Source: Elusimicrobiales bacterium (GTDB lineage Bacteria > Elusimicrobiota > Elusimicrobia > Elusimicrobiales > UBA9959). From it: DNA of 64,000 bases. The DNA lies in contig JBMFKQ010000003.1 in assembly GCA_049972095.1 (NCBI GenBank), forward strand, positions 1-64,000, in the 5' to 3' direction. Position numbers and translations under genes: made by a program. Positions 1-10,950 of this stretch are shown here, piece after piece. Every line of letters starts with the position of its first letter. Within the stretch, counting starts at the first letter, position 1. The notes under the pieces are model-generated. The model had not been told where the DNA came from. It worked only from the letters and a program-made list of their open reading frames with translations, and did not search any database.

Positions 1-77
1 CAACACAAGGCTGCGTTAAACTTAACTTTCAATATGGTATTATTAAAAGCACAGAACCTGGGGTCTGTCCATGAGTG

Positions 78-1358
78 TCAAACCTTTCCTTCAATTGCTT
101 TTATTATTATCTCCTTTGCACCTGTAAGATTGCAAAAAACTTTTTTTGAGCTTTCACCTGCTTTTTTTCTCATATCCTGACTATACATAAAGTATTTTAT
201 TCTACTTTTTATTTCATACTCATCAGATACTATAAATCCACAAGCTCTTTCAATAAGACTTTCTGCAGCCATTTTTTGCAACTGGTATGAAGGACCAAAA
301 ATAACTGGCTTTGAATGAAAAGCCGGTTCAAGAAGATTGTGACCTCCGACTTTGTTAAGCGTTCCTCCAACAAAAGCAAGATCACAAACTATATAAAGCC
401 CGCTTAGATAACCTGTGAGATCAAATATCATAAAATCAAAATACTCACATCTTATTTTTTTATCTTTTTGTATATCAGAAAACCTTATATAGTCAATATT
501 ATGTCTATTTAATATCATCTCAAACTCAGAGATTTTTTCTATATGCCTTGGAACAACTAAAAGCTTAATATTGAGTTTTTCATTCTTTAAAAGTTTGTAT
601 GCCTTAACAAAATATTCAAACTCATCTGGATGAATACTTCCAAGAATAACTGTAAAGATATTATTCTCCCATGTTTTAAGTATATTTAAAATATCGTTTG
701 GAATTTCAATGAAAAGATCGCTGTCATACTTTGTATTACCCGCAATTACTATTTTTTTATGATCAATAAATTTAGAAAATCTTTTAAGATCATCCATAGT
801 CTGCACAAACACACTATCAACATTTTCAAAAACATATCTTAAAAGCGGTTTTAACAAGGTGTATCTTTTGTATGATCTTTCAGAAATCCTTGCGTTTATC
901 CATATAACCCTTGAGTGTTTTGAGAGACTTATTATATACGATGGCCATATTTCAGTTTCTGTTATAAATGCAATAGCTGGGCTAATCTTCTTGACAAAGA
1001 GCTTGACTACGGGATAAAAATCTACAGGCATTAGAACAACATTATCATATCTTTCTTTTGCAGATAAATATGCTGTCTCTGTAAAAACGGTTATGACAAT
1101 ATTTTTATTTTTAGCCCTAAGATACTTAATGATTCCCTCAGCTGCTTTCATTTCACCAAGTGATGAAAAGTGAAAAAGAAAAGATTTCTCTTTGTTCTTT
1201 TTAAGATGAAAAAAAATCCTTTTAAGATAGTTTTTAAGTGTGATTGATTTTGTTTTTGAAAAGATTACAAAAACCCAGCCTATAATATAAAAAGCAAAAA
1301 TAAAAAGATTGTAGAACAAAAAAAATAACCTTCCAATTACTTTCTGGATGCTATCCAT
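78..1358 (-). CDS. waaA: 3-deoxy-D-manno-octulosonic acid (Kdo) transferase
   Basis: Motifs FHFSSLGE, ETEIWP, INARIS, GNTKYD, LVVPRH and VGGTL..GGHNLLEP; N-terminal membrane anchor. Confidence 0.93.
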   Translation of the reverse strand: MDSIQKVIGRLFFLFYNLFIFAFYIIGWVFVIFSKTKSITLKNYLKRIFFHLKKNKEKSFLFHFSSLGEMKAAEGIIKYLRAKNKNIVITVFTETAYLSAKERYDNVVLMPVDFYPVVKLFVKKISPAIAFITETEIWPSYIISLSKHSRVIWINARISERSYKRYTLLKPLLRYVFENVDSVFVQTMDDLKRFSKFIDHKKIVIAGNTKYDSDLFIEIPNDILNILKTWENNIFTVILGSIHPDEFEYFVKAYKLLKNEKLNIKLLVVPRHIEKISEFEMILNRHNIDYIRFSDIQKDKKIRCEYFDFMIFDLTGYLSGLYIVCDLAFVGGTLNKVGGHNLLEPAFHSKPVIFGPSYQLQKMAAESLIERACGFIVSDEYEIKSRIKYFMYSQDMRKKAGESSKKVFCNLTGAKEIIIKAIEGKV

Positions 1359-1912
1359 GGAACTGCAATAAGCCAGCTATTGAGGGGAAAAATCATCTCA
1401 TCTTTTAACTCAATTCCATCAGAGGATGGATTTAAAATGTTGTAGAGGTGATATGTTGCTTGAGTTAATTTCTTATGAGGTTCATATATGAATAGAATAT
1501 CACCTACTTGAAGTTTTTCTTTCTTTGCCTCCTCATCAATTATATCTTTTGTAGTATCAAAGACTGTTTGTGAAACAACATCAATGAATATATTAAATAT
1601 AGCAATCTCAGAATCATCAATGCTTTTTTTCTTCTCATCTATGTAGCTACCAAGTGTAATAAAACCAAATGAGGCATAAGGTGATTTTTTATCATAAACT
1701 ATTTCCTTTAAAATCTCATCCTTGGAAGGTTCAAATGTATCATATATCAGTGTTATTTTAAGATAGGATGCAAGGGTGGATATAAAGTTTTTTAAGTTTG
1801 ACTCAACATCATCTCTTCCAAAAATTGATACAAGATCTATGGAATTTTTTCTAATCTTTTTTTCTATGTCATAATATCTTATTGGTATTTTAAGTCCCCT
1901 TATCCTTCTCAT
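1337..1912 (-). CDS. Hypothetical protein resembling a degenerate stand-alone methionine synthase (MetH) reactivation domain
   Basis: Start placed at ATG 1912, just after the secF stop. Segments ITLGSYIDEK, IIDEEAKKEKL and LYNILN..GIEL..EMIFPLNS resemble the Met_synt_B12 family by eye; the RxSPGY motif is absent. Confidence 0.55.
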   Translation of the reverse strand: MRRIRGLKIPIRYYDIEKKIRKNSIDLVSIFGRDDVESNLKNFISTLASYLKITLIYDTFEPSKDEILKEIVYDKKSPYASFGFITLGSYIDEKKKSIDDSEIAIFNIFIDVVSQTVFDTTKDIIDEEAKKEKLQVGDILFIYEPHKKLTQATYHLYNILNPSSDGIELKDEMIFPLNSWLIAVPWIASRK

Positions 1913-1914
1913 TA

Positions 1915-2793
1915 TTATCTTTCTCTCTGCCACCTGTATCCTAAAGAGGTTGCTATTGTTATTGTTGAATAAACTCCAGAGATGCATCCAACAAGAAGCG
2001 TAAAAGCAAAGTCTTTGATTGATGAGCCACCCCAGAGATAAAGTATAAAAAGAACAATAAGAACCGTTAGAGATGTGATAATTGTTCTTGAAAGAGTTTC
2101 ATTTATGCTAAGATTGATAACTTCACGAAGATTCATCTTTGGATTTTTTCTCATATTTTCTCTCATCCTGTCATATATAACTACTGTATCGTTTATTGAA
2201 TATCCTGCTATTGTAAGAAGTGCAGCAACAATCACAAGATCTATCTCACCACCAATCAAGATAAGTGCAACAGCTGCAACAAATACATCATGAACAAGAG
2301 CAATAACCCCGCTTATTCCCCATATGGGATTTGTAAATCTAAATGCTATATATATCATTATCCCAAACATTGAAAGAATTATTGCAAAAAATGCTCTTTT
2401 GGTAAGCTCTCTTCCAACAACAGGACCAACAAAATCTCTCTTCTCCTCTGTAAACGAAAATCCTGCATCACTCAAAGCTTTTTCTATCATTGAAGCATAC
2501 TCATTGACATTCTCCTGCCTTCCTTTCATAAGAAAGGCATAGGAGTTATTATTATAACTTCTTATTTTGGCTTCAATCTTTTTATCAACAAGAGCTTTTC
2601 TAAGCTCAGAGATTGAAGGATCTTTATCAAATTTAAGCTGAACAATTGTTCCACCTGTAAAATCAAGACCAAGGTTAAAACCTTTAAGATATATCACCAT
2701 ACTCCCAGCAATTATAACTGCTACAAGAAGACCCAGAAAGACAGATGATTTTCCCATAAAATCTATGTTAGTTTTTGGTATAATCTTTATCAT
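1915..2793 (-). CDS. secF: Protein translocase subunit SecF
   Basis: LGLDFTGGT, VGPVVG, ALVHDV, GYSINDTVVIYDRMREN, TLSRTIITS. Confidence 0.97.
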   Translation of the reverse strand: MIKIIPKTNIDFMGKSSVFLGLLVAVIIAGSMVIYLKGFNLGLDFTGGTIVQLKFDKDPSISELRKALVDKKIEAKIRSYNNNSYAFLMKGRQENVNEYASMIEKALSDAGFSFTEEKRDFVGPVVGRELTKRAFFAIILSMFGIMIYIAFRFTNPIWGISGVIALVHDVFVAAVALILIGGEIDLVIVAALLTIAGYSINDTVVIYDRMRENMRKNPKMNLREVINLSINETLSRTIITSLTVLIVLFILYLWGGSSIKDFAFTLLVGCISGVYSTITIATSLGYRWQRER

Positions 2794-2805
2794 AAAAGCC
2801 TCCGT

Positions 2806-4233
2806 CTATACACTCAAAGTCTTTGGATTAGATGATAGATACATCTCATATATGGTTCTTGTAACATATACCGATGTGAATACTCCAACCACAAGTCCTA
2901 TTGTAAGGGTGGTTGCAAAACCCTTAACAGGTCCTGAACCAAACTGGAAGAGGAAGATACTTGTTATCCATGTCGTCATATTTGAGTCAAATATTGCAGA
3001 CCATGCCTTTTCATATGCTGTAGATACAACCATAACTAAGGGTTTCTTTAACTCAAGCTCCTCCCTCATTCTTTCAAGTATAAGCACATTTGCATCAACA
3101 GCCATTGCTATACTCAAGATAATACCAGCAATTCCTGGAAGTGTAAGTGTTGCACCAAAGTATGAAAGAAGGGAGATAAGGAATATAAGGTTTAGGATCA
3201 TGCCTATATCAGCAATCAATCCTCCACCTCTGTAGTAAAAAAGCATAAACAGAAAAACAGCTACAAATCCTACAATACTTGCTTTAAGCCCCTTTCTTAT
3301 AGAATCCTCCCCAAGCCCGGGTCCAACAACTCTTTTTTCTATTATCTTGACAGGGGCAGGTAGAGAACCACTTCTTAAAACAAGCGCGATACTTCTTGCC
3401 TCCTCCATAGTAAAATTACCCTCTATAACTCCCCTTCCACCTGTGATCTCTGTTTTTATAACAGGTGCTGTGTAGACTATATTATCAAGAACTACAGCAA
3501 GCTTTCTGCCAACATTTCTTGCGGTTATCTTTTCAAAGATCTTCCCACCTTCCTTATTGAATGTAAAGGCTATATTTGGCATGCCAAACTGATCAGTGTC
3601 AACCCTTGCGTTTTCAAGATATGCCCCTGTTATCTGAACACTTGACTGAAGAACATAGTATCTAAATCTTCCTTCTTCATCACTCTTTCCTCTTAAAACT
3701 TTGAGATTTGAAGGGATCTTTTTTGCAAACTCTTCCAGCATCCTTCCATCCCTATCAAAGATTGGTTTATCCTCATTTTCAAGCTCAGATATAATCTTTA
3801 CTGCTGTTGAGGATTCATCAACAAGATAAAACTCAAGAAGAGCGGTTTTGCCTATTAGTTCTTCTGCCTGCTCAGTTTTTGAAATTCCTGGAAGGTCTAC
3901 TGATATCCACTTCTCTCCAACCCTTGCAATTGGCACCTCACTTATTCCATAAGCATCAACCCTATTTCGTATTATCTCAATAGCTCTTTGAACAGCATCA
4001 GAAAGTTTTTCTTTCTTACTGAGCTTATCCGCATCAAGCTCAAGAAGCATGTGAGTGCCACCTCTCAGATCAAGTCCAAGATTTAGTATGCGCTTCGGCC
4101 TTTCTCTCATCATCTCAAGTTTCTCCCTTTCCTCCTTTGGTTTAGTGTACCACTCTATTGATGGATATATGAGAAATAGGCTTATAAGAAAGCAGATTGC
4201 AACCACGCTTATCCTTATATGAAGCCCTTTCAT
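2806..4233 (-). CDS. secD: Protein translocase subunit SecD
   Basis: LGLDLRGG, IRNRVDAYG, LRSGSLP, TLTLPGIAG, MAVDANVLILER, GPVKGFA. Confidence 0.97.
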   Translation of the reverse strand: MKGLHIRISVVAICFLISLFLIYPSIEWYTKPKEEREKLEMMRERPKRILNLGLDLRGGTHMLLELDADKLSKKEKLSDAVQRAIEIIRNRVDAYGISEVPIARVGEKWISVDLPGISKTEQAEELIGKTALLEFYLVDESSTAVKIISELENEDKPIFDRDGRMLEEFAKKIPSNLKVLRGKSDEEGRFRYYVLQSSVQITGAYLENARVDTDQFGMPNIAFTFNKEGGKIFEKITARNVGRKLAVVLDNIVYTAPVIKTEITGGRGVIEGNFTMEEARSIALVLRSGSLPAPVKIIEKRVVGPGLGEDSIRKGLKASIVGFVAVFLFMLFYYRGGGLIADIGMILNLIFLISLLSYFGATLTLPGIAGIILSIAMAVDANVLILERMREELELKKPLVMVVSTAYEKAWSAIFDSNMTTWITSIFLFQFGSGPVKGFATTLTIGLVVGVFTSVYVTRTIYEMYLSSNPKTLSV

Positions 4234-4242
4234 AATCTCTCC

Positions 4243-4500
4243 TTATACAAGATTACTGACCGCTGATTTAACAGCTTTAACACGGACATTTTTTGCTATC
4301 TCTATCTCAATCTCATTGCCTTTAATATCAGCTATTGTTCCAATTATGCCGCCTACTGTAAGCACCTTATCCCCAACTTTGAGATTATCAAGCATCCTCT
4401 GTCTTTCCTTCATCTGTTTTTGCTGAGGTCTTATAAGAAGGAAATAAAATATGATTATCATCAATAGAATTGGAAAAAGTTGAGCGAACACATTATTCAT
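4243..4500 (-). CDS. yajC: Preprotein translocase subunit YajC
   Basis: FYFLLIRPQQK and LKVGDKVLTVGGIIG; ATG 4500 is preceded by SD AAGGAGG. Confidence 0.95.
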   Translation of the reverse strand: MNNVFAQLFPILLMIIIFYFLLIRPQQKQMKERQRMLDNLKVGDKVLTVGGIIGTIADIKGNEIEIEIAKNVRVKAVKSAVSNLV

Positions 4501-4531
4501 AAATACCTCCTTAAAAGCAATCAATAATTTT

Positions 4532-4540
4532 ATTTTAACA
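4532..4540 (-). promoter_or_regulatory. Putative extended -10 promoter for yajC-secDF
   Basis: Minus strand reads TGT-TAAAAT in the tgt-yajC gap. Confidence 0.4.
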
Positions 4541-4551
4541 TATTTTAAATT

Positions 4552-5703
<1,152 letters not shown>

Positions 5704-6750
5704 TTAAAGAATAATTGATGCATCACCGTAAGAGTAAAATCTATATCCAAGTTCAACAGCTTGACTATAAGCGTCATAAAGAAGTTTTTCGTCACCACAG
5801 AAGGCAAGTACCATATAAAGTGGTGGTGAGTGTGGAAGATGAAGGTTTGTTATAAAAGCGTCTGCAATTTTAAAATTCCAGGGTGGTTTTATAAATATAT
5901 CCGAATAGCACTCTTGTGATATAACCATACTGCCATCATTCATCTTTTCAATAGCTCTCATAGAGGATGTGCCAACTACAAATATTCTGCCACCACTCTT
6001 TTTTGAAAGATTTATCACATTGCATGCCTCAGGAGTTATCTTGGCATATTCAGATGGCATAACAAAATTATCAGGATCTGTTCTAACCATTTTAAATGTT
6101 CCATATCCTATGTGAAGGACTATTTTTGCGATACTAACACCCATTTTTTTTATCTCATCAATAAGGTTTTCTGTGAAATGAAAGCCGGCAGTAGGTGCTG
6201 CAATAGATCCTTTTTCGCTGGCATAGACTGTCTGATATCTCTGCTCATCTAAATAAATTTCGTCTTTTTTATTTTTTCTTTTTTTAAGTATATAATGAGG
6301 AAGTGGCACCATTCCCTTTTTATCAATATCATCAAATGTAAAATCTCTGTTGAACTCAACAATATTATAGCCCTCATTGTGTCTGTTTTTGAGAATAAAA
6401 TATCTATCTTCATCAACAAAATATCTTTTTTTATCTGAAAGCTTTCTTGAGATACATCTCCAGAGTTTAAAATTTCCTTCAACAGGGGAGATAAATATGA
6501 CATCTCGTTGAGAGCCGTTATCAGAATAGACATTAAACCTTGCTTTAATCACCTTACTTTCGTTAAGCACAATACAATCACCCTTTCTGAGATACTCTAC
6601 TATATCTTTGAATCTTCTGTGATAAATTTTTTTGTTTCTTCTTTCAATAACAAGTAACCTTGACATATCCCTTTGTTCAAGGGGTTTTTCTGCTATAAGC
6701 TTGTCAGTGTCAAGTCTTTTAAATCTTTCCATTATTTCCTTAGTATTCAT
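5704..6750 (-). CDS. queA: S-adenosylmethionine:tRNA ribosyltransferase-isomerase
   Basis: PLPHYI, RYQTVYA, GSIAAPTAGFHF, LHIGYGTF, YRFYSYGDA. Confidence 0.95.
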   Translation of the reverse strand: MNTKEIMERFKRLDTDKLIAEKPLEQRDMSRLLVIERRNKKIYHRRFKDIVEYLRKGDCIVLNESKVIKARFNVYSDNGSQRDVIFISPVEGNFKLWRCISRKLSDKKRYFVDEDRYFILKNRHNEGYNIVEFNRDFTFDDIDKKGMVPLPHYILKKRKNKKDEIYLDEQRYQTVYASEKGSIAAPTAGFHFTENLIDEIKKMGVSIAKIVLHIGYGTFKMVRTDPDNFVMPSEYAKITPEACNVINLSKKSGGRIFVVGTSSMRAIEKMNDGSMVISQECYSDIFIKPPWNFKIADAFITNLHLPHSPPLYMVLAFCGDEKLLYDAYSQAVELGYRFYSYGDASIIL

Positions 6751-7882
6751 AAACCTTTTCTATATTCATAATTTTGGAGCCAGGATAATAGAATTCAAGT
6801 ATCTTTTTGTAGTTAAAACCAAGATCAGCCATCTTCTTTGCACCATCCTGACATAATCCTATTCCATGCCCCCAGCCTCTTCCATATATTTTAAATCCCA
6901 AAGATCTTTTTTCTATCTTTGATATAAAGGTGCTTTTTATATCAAATGTTCCAATGAACTCCCTTAAATCCTTTGCTTCAACCCTAATATTTCCCTTATC
7001 CGTTGATATAAGCAATTTTATAGCCCTTCCACTTTTATCCTTAGAATAAATCCTTATATTCTTTATTTTTGATACATAATTTCCCTGCCTATTTAGAAAC
7101 TCTGTTATATCTTTTGAAGGTAGAAAAATGCTCCAGCTGTAGTTTTTTGAGTATTTTGCATAAGGATCCTTAACTCCTTTTAAAGGTGGGATTTTTTCAC
7201 AATCCCATGCTGCAGATGGATTAGTAGTGTGCCCACCTGAGTTTGCATGATAATAGGCAGGAAAAAGATTTCCTTTGTATGTAAGCACCTCACCTTTTGT
7301 TTCACTTACGGCCGATATTATCTGGGGGGATATATTTTCAAAACCAGTATAAAGCTGATGTTTTGTTGTGGCTGTAAGATCATATTCGTTGCCCCTTTTT
7401 ATTGAATAAATGGCATATGTTCTTGCGGCAACAGCCTGGCTTTTGAGTGCCTCCTTGGGCCACGATGATCCCATCTCAGGCGCAAGAACTCCCCATAGAT
7501 ATCTTTCAAGATCAATATGTTCAACAATATTCAATCTTTTTGAATCAGAATAGATTCTAAACCTTCCCTTATACTTTATTCCATCTATCTCTATATAGGA
7601 ATGTGGGTTTGAGTTTTCTATATAAAAAGGAAGTTTAACGGAATAGTCATTTATCCTTGCAAAAAGGTCATCAACAGCCTCTATCTCATATTCAGAGTCA
7701 TTGACAAGCTCATATCTTTCATTTGTTTTTTCCTCTGTTATGTAAGCCTTACCACCAATCTTTATTTTGATATCTTTTTGCTTTTCTTTTATAAGTATTC
7801 TTATCTCAATGCTTTTATTGATTCCATCAGCCACAGAAACTAAAGATGGCAAAAAAAAACTAAAAAAGAAGATTATCTTCAT
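6740..7882 (-). CDS. SpoIID/LytB-domain lytic transglycosylase, secreted
   Basis: Hydrophobic N-terminus; [10 protein letters not shown] (catalytic Glu), [37 protein letters not shown]; ruvB-SpoIID-queA synteny. Confidence 0.9.
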   Translation of the reverse strand: MKIIFFFSFFLPSLVSVADGINKSIEIRILIKEKQKDIKIKIGGKAYITEEKTNERYELVNDSEYEIEAVDDLFARINDYSVKLPFYIENSNPHSYIEIDGIKYKGRFRIYSDSKRLNIVEHIDLERYLWGVLAPEMGSSWPKEALKSQAVAARTYAIYSIKRGNEYDLTATTKHQLYTGFENISPQIISAVSETKGEVLTYKGNLFPAYYHANSGGHTTNPSAAWDCEKIPPLKGVKDPYAKYSKNYSWSIFLPSKDITEFLNRQGNYVSKIKNIRIYSKDKSGRAIKLLISTDKGNIRVEAKDLREFIGTFDIKSTFISKIEKRSLGFKIYGRGWGHGIGLCQDGAKKMADLGFNYKKILEFYYPGSKIMNIEKVYEY

Positions 7883-8885
7883 CTTTATTAAATGGAGGCT
7901 TTATTCCAAGATGTCTATATGATTTTTCTGTAAGGACTCTTCCCCTTGGTGTTCTTTTTATAAAACCGGCTTTTATAAGATATGGCTCTATAACATCACT
8001 GATGGTATCTGTTTCTTCAGAGATTGCAACTGCAAGGTTCTCAACACCGACAGGCCCCCCATTAAACTTTTCAGCAATTATCATAAGAAGCGTCCTGTCA
8101 ATTTTATCAAGCCCCTCATCATCTATCTCCATAGCCCTCATTGCATCAACAGCTATCTTATCAGTCACAATACCGTCTCCTTTAATATCAGCAAAATCCC
8201 TTACTCTTTTAAGAAGTCTGTTTGCTATTCTTGGAGTTCCTCTGGATCTTTTTGATATCTCAAAAGCACCACTCTCTGTAAGTTTAACACCGAGTATTGA
8301 TGCTGATCTTTTAACTATCTGAATTATCTCATCTATCTCATAGAAATTCAGATTCATTATTATACCAAATCTGTCTCTAAGCGGACCTGTAAGAAGCCCA
8401 CTCCTTGTTGTAGCGCCTATTATAGTTATTCGAGGTATCTTTATTTTTAGCGTTGTTGAACCAGGACCTTTACCTGTGTTTATATAAAAATTAAAATCCT
8501 CCATCACAGGATATATGGATTCCTCGACACTAACATTGAGTCTGTGAATCTCATCTATAAAAAGCACATCACCATCACTGAGTTCTGTGGTGAGTATTGA
8601 AGCAAGATCCCCTGGTCTTGTAAGTACGGGTCCTGATGTAACCTTTATACTTGTTCCCATCTCATTTGCTATTATGTGAGCAAGGGTTGTCTTACCAAGA
8701 CCTGGCGGGGCGTAAAAAAGACAGTGATCCAAAGGCTCTTTTCTCTTTTTTGCTGCTTGAATATATACATTTAGATTATCCTTTATCTGTTTCTGTCCTA
8801 TGAATTCAGAGAGTGTTTTGGGCCTAAGAGAGGATTCAAATATCTCTTCAATTTTATCTGTTGAATTTTTATATATGTAATCCAT
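7860..8885 (-). CDS. ruvB: Holliday junction branch migration helicase RuvB
   Basis: [43 protein letters not shown]. Confidence 0.98.
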   Translation of the reverse strand: MDYIYKNSTDKIEEIFESSLRPKTLSEFIGQKQIKDNLNVYIQAAKKRKEPLDHCLFYAPPGLGKTTLAHIIANEMGTSIKVTSGPVLTRPGDLASILTTELSDGDVLFIDEIHRLNVSVEESIYPVMEDFNFYINTGKGPGSTTLKIKIPRITIIGATTRSGLLTGPLRDRFGIIMNLNFYEIDEIIQIVKRSASILGVKLTESGAFEISKRSRGTPRIANRLLKRVRDFADIKGDGIVTDKIAVDAMRAMEIDDEGLDKIDRTLLMIIAEKFNGGPVGVENLAVAISEETDTISDVIEPYLIKAGFIKRTPRGRVLTEKSYRHLGIKPPFNKDEDNLLF

Positions 8886-8889
8886 AAGA

Positions 8890-9501
8890 CTATCTTTGAG
8901 AAAGCTTTCTAAGAGATTGTTTTATCATCTCTTCTACTGTTATTTTTTTGTCTCTATTTTCAGATATAACATCTGAGAGTGCATTCTTTGCCTCGGATGC
9001 TCTGTAGCCAAGATTAATAAGGGCATTAAATGCTGAATCATAATTCTGAGAATATGAGGAGATAACAAAACTGTTCTCTTCAGAATAAAATTCATAGATC
9101 CTATCCTTTAAAAAATCTATTATTTTTTTTGCTGTTTTTGAACTAAACCCGAACATATTCTTTAAAGCCTTTTCATCAGCCTTCGCAACAGCAATACTAA
9201 AATCAGAAACTGATTTTTGAATCTTATTAAGATAGTCCATCGCCTTTGAATTCCCTGTGTTTGGTATCTGTGATTTTATGAGCTCAAAAAGTTTTTTGTC
9301 GTTTTCATTTAAGAATCCATAAAGCTTTATACCCTCATACATACTATATGAGGTGTATATAAAAATCTCAATATCCTCATTTTTATTGAGTATTGAGAGA
9401 TCTCTATCAGTCATCGTAATTTCATATCCCATTCCAGAATTTTCTACAACGAGATATCCCTTCTCAATCTGTATCACCCTTCCTTTTATATACGAGATCA
9501 T
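8890..9501 (-). CDS. ruvA: Holliday junction branch migration protein RuvA
   Basis: MISYIKG, GMGYEI, LYGF, ALINLGY; located between ruvC and ruvB; HhH motifs divergent. Confidence 0.9.
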   Translation of the reverse strand: MISYIKGRVIQIEKGYLVVENSGMGYEITMTDRDLSILNKNEDIEIFIYTSYSMYEGIKLYGFLNENDKKLFELIKSQIPNTGNSKAMDYLNKIQKSVSDFSIAVAKADEKALKNMFGFSSKTAKKIIDFLKDRIYEFYSEENSFVISSYSQNYDSAFNALINLGYRASEAKNALSDVISENRDKKITVEEMIKQSLRKLSQR

Positions 9502-9989
9502 AAAACTCTTTTGACTTTTAGAAAATGAAGCCTTGCTGCTGCAATTCCTATGGCTATAGCATCACTTACATCATGATATAATTTTTCATTTATTGAAAAC
9601 ATTGCCTTTATTACCCTCTTAACATACGACTTATTTGCCTTTCCATTTCCTGTGATCATCTTTTTAACAGTAACAGGGTTATACTCACTGCAGCAAATAC
9701 AGTGTTTTTCAAATGCAAGCATTATAACACCCTTTGCATAAAGTGATAGTGTTTGGGCTTTTATTTTGTTTGAGAAAAACATACCTTCAATGGCTCCCTG
9801 GGTTATAGAGTAGTTTTCTATTATCTTAGATATTTCATCATAAATCTTTGAAAGCCTTGATTGAACCAAAGTGTTGTTTTTTGTTTTTATAAGCCCAAAG
9901 CCTTTTACTCTAATACCTTTACCATTGCTCTCAATAACCGCCCATCCTGTGTCTTCAAGCCCTGGATCAACTGAAAGAAATCTCTCCAT
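9498..9989 (-). CDS. ruvC: Crossover junction endodeoxyribonuclease RuvC
   Basis: DPGLEDTGW, AIEGMFF, VKKMITGNGKANK, DVSDAIAI. Confidence 0.93.
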   Translation of the reverse strand: MERFLSVDPGLEDTGWAVIESNGKGIRVKGFGLIKTKNNTLVQSRLSKIYDEISKIIENYSITQGAIEGMFFSNKIKAQTLSLYAKGVIMLAFEKHCICCSEYNPVTVKKMITGNGKANKSYVKRVIKAMFSINEKLYHDVSDAIAIGIAAARLHFLKVKRVL

Positions 9990-9991
9990 CT

Positions 9992-10744
9992 TTATTTCAT
10001 AAGCCTATCCATCAGCTCTGATGGTATATCAAAATTTGAATAAACATTCTTAACATCATCATGATTTTCAAGTTCATCCATCATCTTTATAATATTTTCA
10101 GCCTTTTGCTCATCAGATATATTTACAGTGTTTTTAGCAAGCATAGTCATCTCAGCAACTGATATATTAATTTCCTTTGATTTAATCCCATCCCTTACTG
10201 ATTCAAAATTTTCTGGTGAGGTTATTATTTCAAAAACATCTCCCTCTGATCTAACATCATCAGCACCATATTCAACTGCGATATTGAAAATATCATCCTC
10301 TTTTACAGAATCTTTGGGAACTGTTATAAAGCCTTTTCTCTCAAACATCCAGCTAACACATCCAGTTGTCCCCATATTACCACCGTGTTTTTCAAGTATA
10401 ACCCTTAGCTCATTGAATGTCCTTTTTTTATTATCTGTTGTTGCTTCTATCATAACAGCAATCCCCTCGGGTCCATATCCCTCATAGACAACCTCTTCAT
10501 AACTAGCGCCGGGTAGTTGCCCTGTTCCTCTCATTATTGCCCTTTTAATGTTATCCATAGGCATATTGACCTCTTTTGCATCATTTATTGCTTTTCTGAG
10601 CCTTGGATTACTTTCCGGATCACCGCCTCCAAGCTTTGCTGCAATTGTTATTTCCCTTATGAGTTTTGTATATATTTTGCTTTTTTTTGCATCATTGGCA
10701 GCTTTTTTATGTTTTATTCCTGCCCAATGTGAATGCCCCCCCAT
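9992..10744 (-). CDS. yebC: YebC/PmpR family protein
   Basis: GHSHWAGIKHKK, YEGYGP, TDNKKRT; upstream of ruvC as is typical. Confidence 0.96.
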   Translation of the reverse strand: MGGHSHWAGIKHKKAANDAKKSKIYTKLIREITIAAKLGGGDPESNPRLRKAINDAKEVNMPMDNIKRAIMRGTGQLPGASYEEVVYEGYGPEGIAVMIEATTDNKKRTFNELRVILEKHGGNMGTTGCVSWMFERKGFITVPKDSVKEDDIFNIAVEYGADDVRSEGDVFEIITSPENFESVRDGIKSKEINISVAEMTMLAKNTVNISDEQKAENIIKMMDELENHDDVKNVYSNFDIPSELMDRLMK

Positions 10745-10763
10745 CTCTCCTCCAAAAGTTTGG

Positions 10764-10785
10764 TTTTATACTAATTTTATACTAA
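10764..10785. repeat. Perfect 11-bp tandem direct repeat (TTTTATACTAA x2) in the yebC/tRNA divergent promoter region
   Basis: Units read directly at 10764-10774 and 10775-10785; a 16-bp palindrome ATATTTTATAAAATAT follows at 10790-10805. Confidence 0.6.
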
Positions 10786-10849
10786 AAGGATATTTTATAA
10801 AATATAGTTAGGTTTTACAAATATGTTCTTTTCTAATCTATAATGTCTT

Positions 10850-10922
10850 GCCCCCTTAGCTCAAGGGAGAGAGCAGCTGCCTTCGAAGCAGTTGGTTAGA
10901 GGTTCGAATCCTCTAGGGGGCA
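10850..10922 (+). tRNA. tRNA-Arg(UCG); CCA not encoded
   Basis: Cloverleaf: acceptor GCCCCCT/AGGGGGC, D stem GCTC/GAGC with A20, anticodon arm GCTGC-CTTCGAA-GCAGT, T loop TTCGAAT. Confidence 0.95.
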
Positions 10923-10950
10923 TTGGTAGCGAATAAGATGGAGAGGTTTT

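Noticed and set aside
1..77. GGGGTCTGTCC motif or a partial ORF at the window start
   Set aside because: Single copy with too little context to call a repeat or a gene
7851..7859. A9 homopolymer in the SpoIID signal region as a phase-variation switch
   Set aside because: A/T runs of 7-9 nt are common throughout this AT-rich window and the frame is intact
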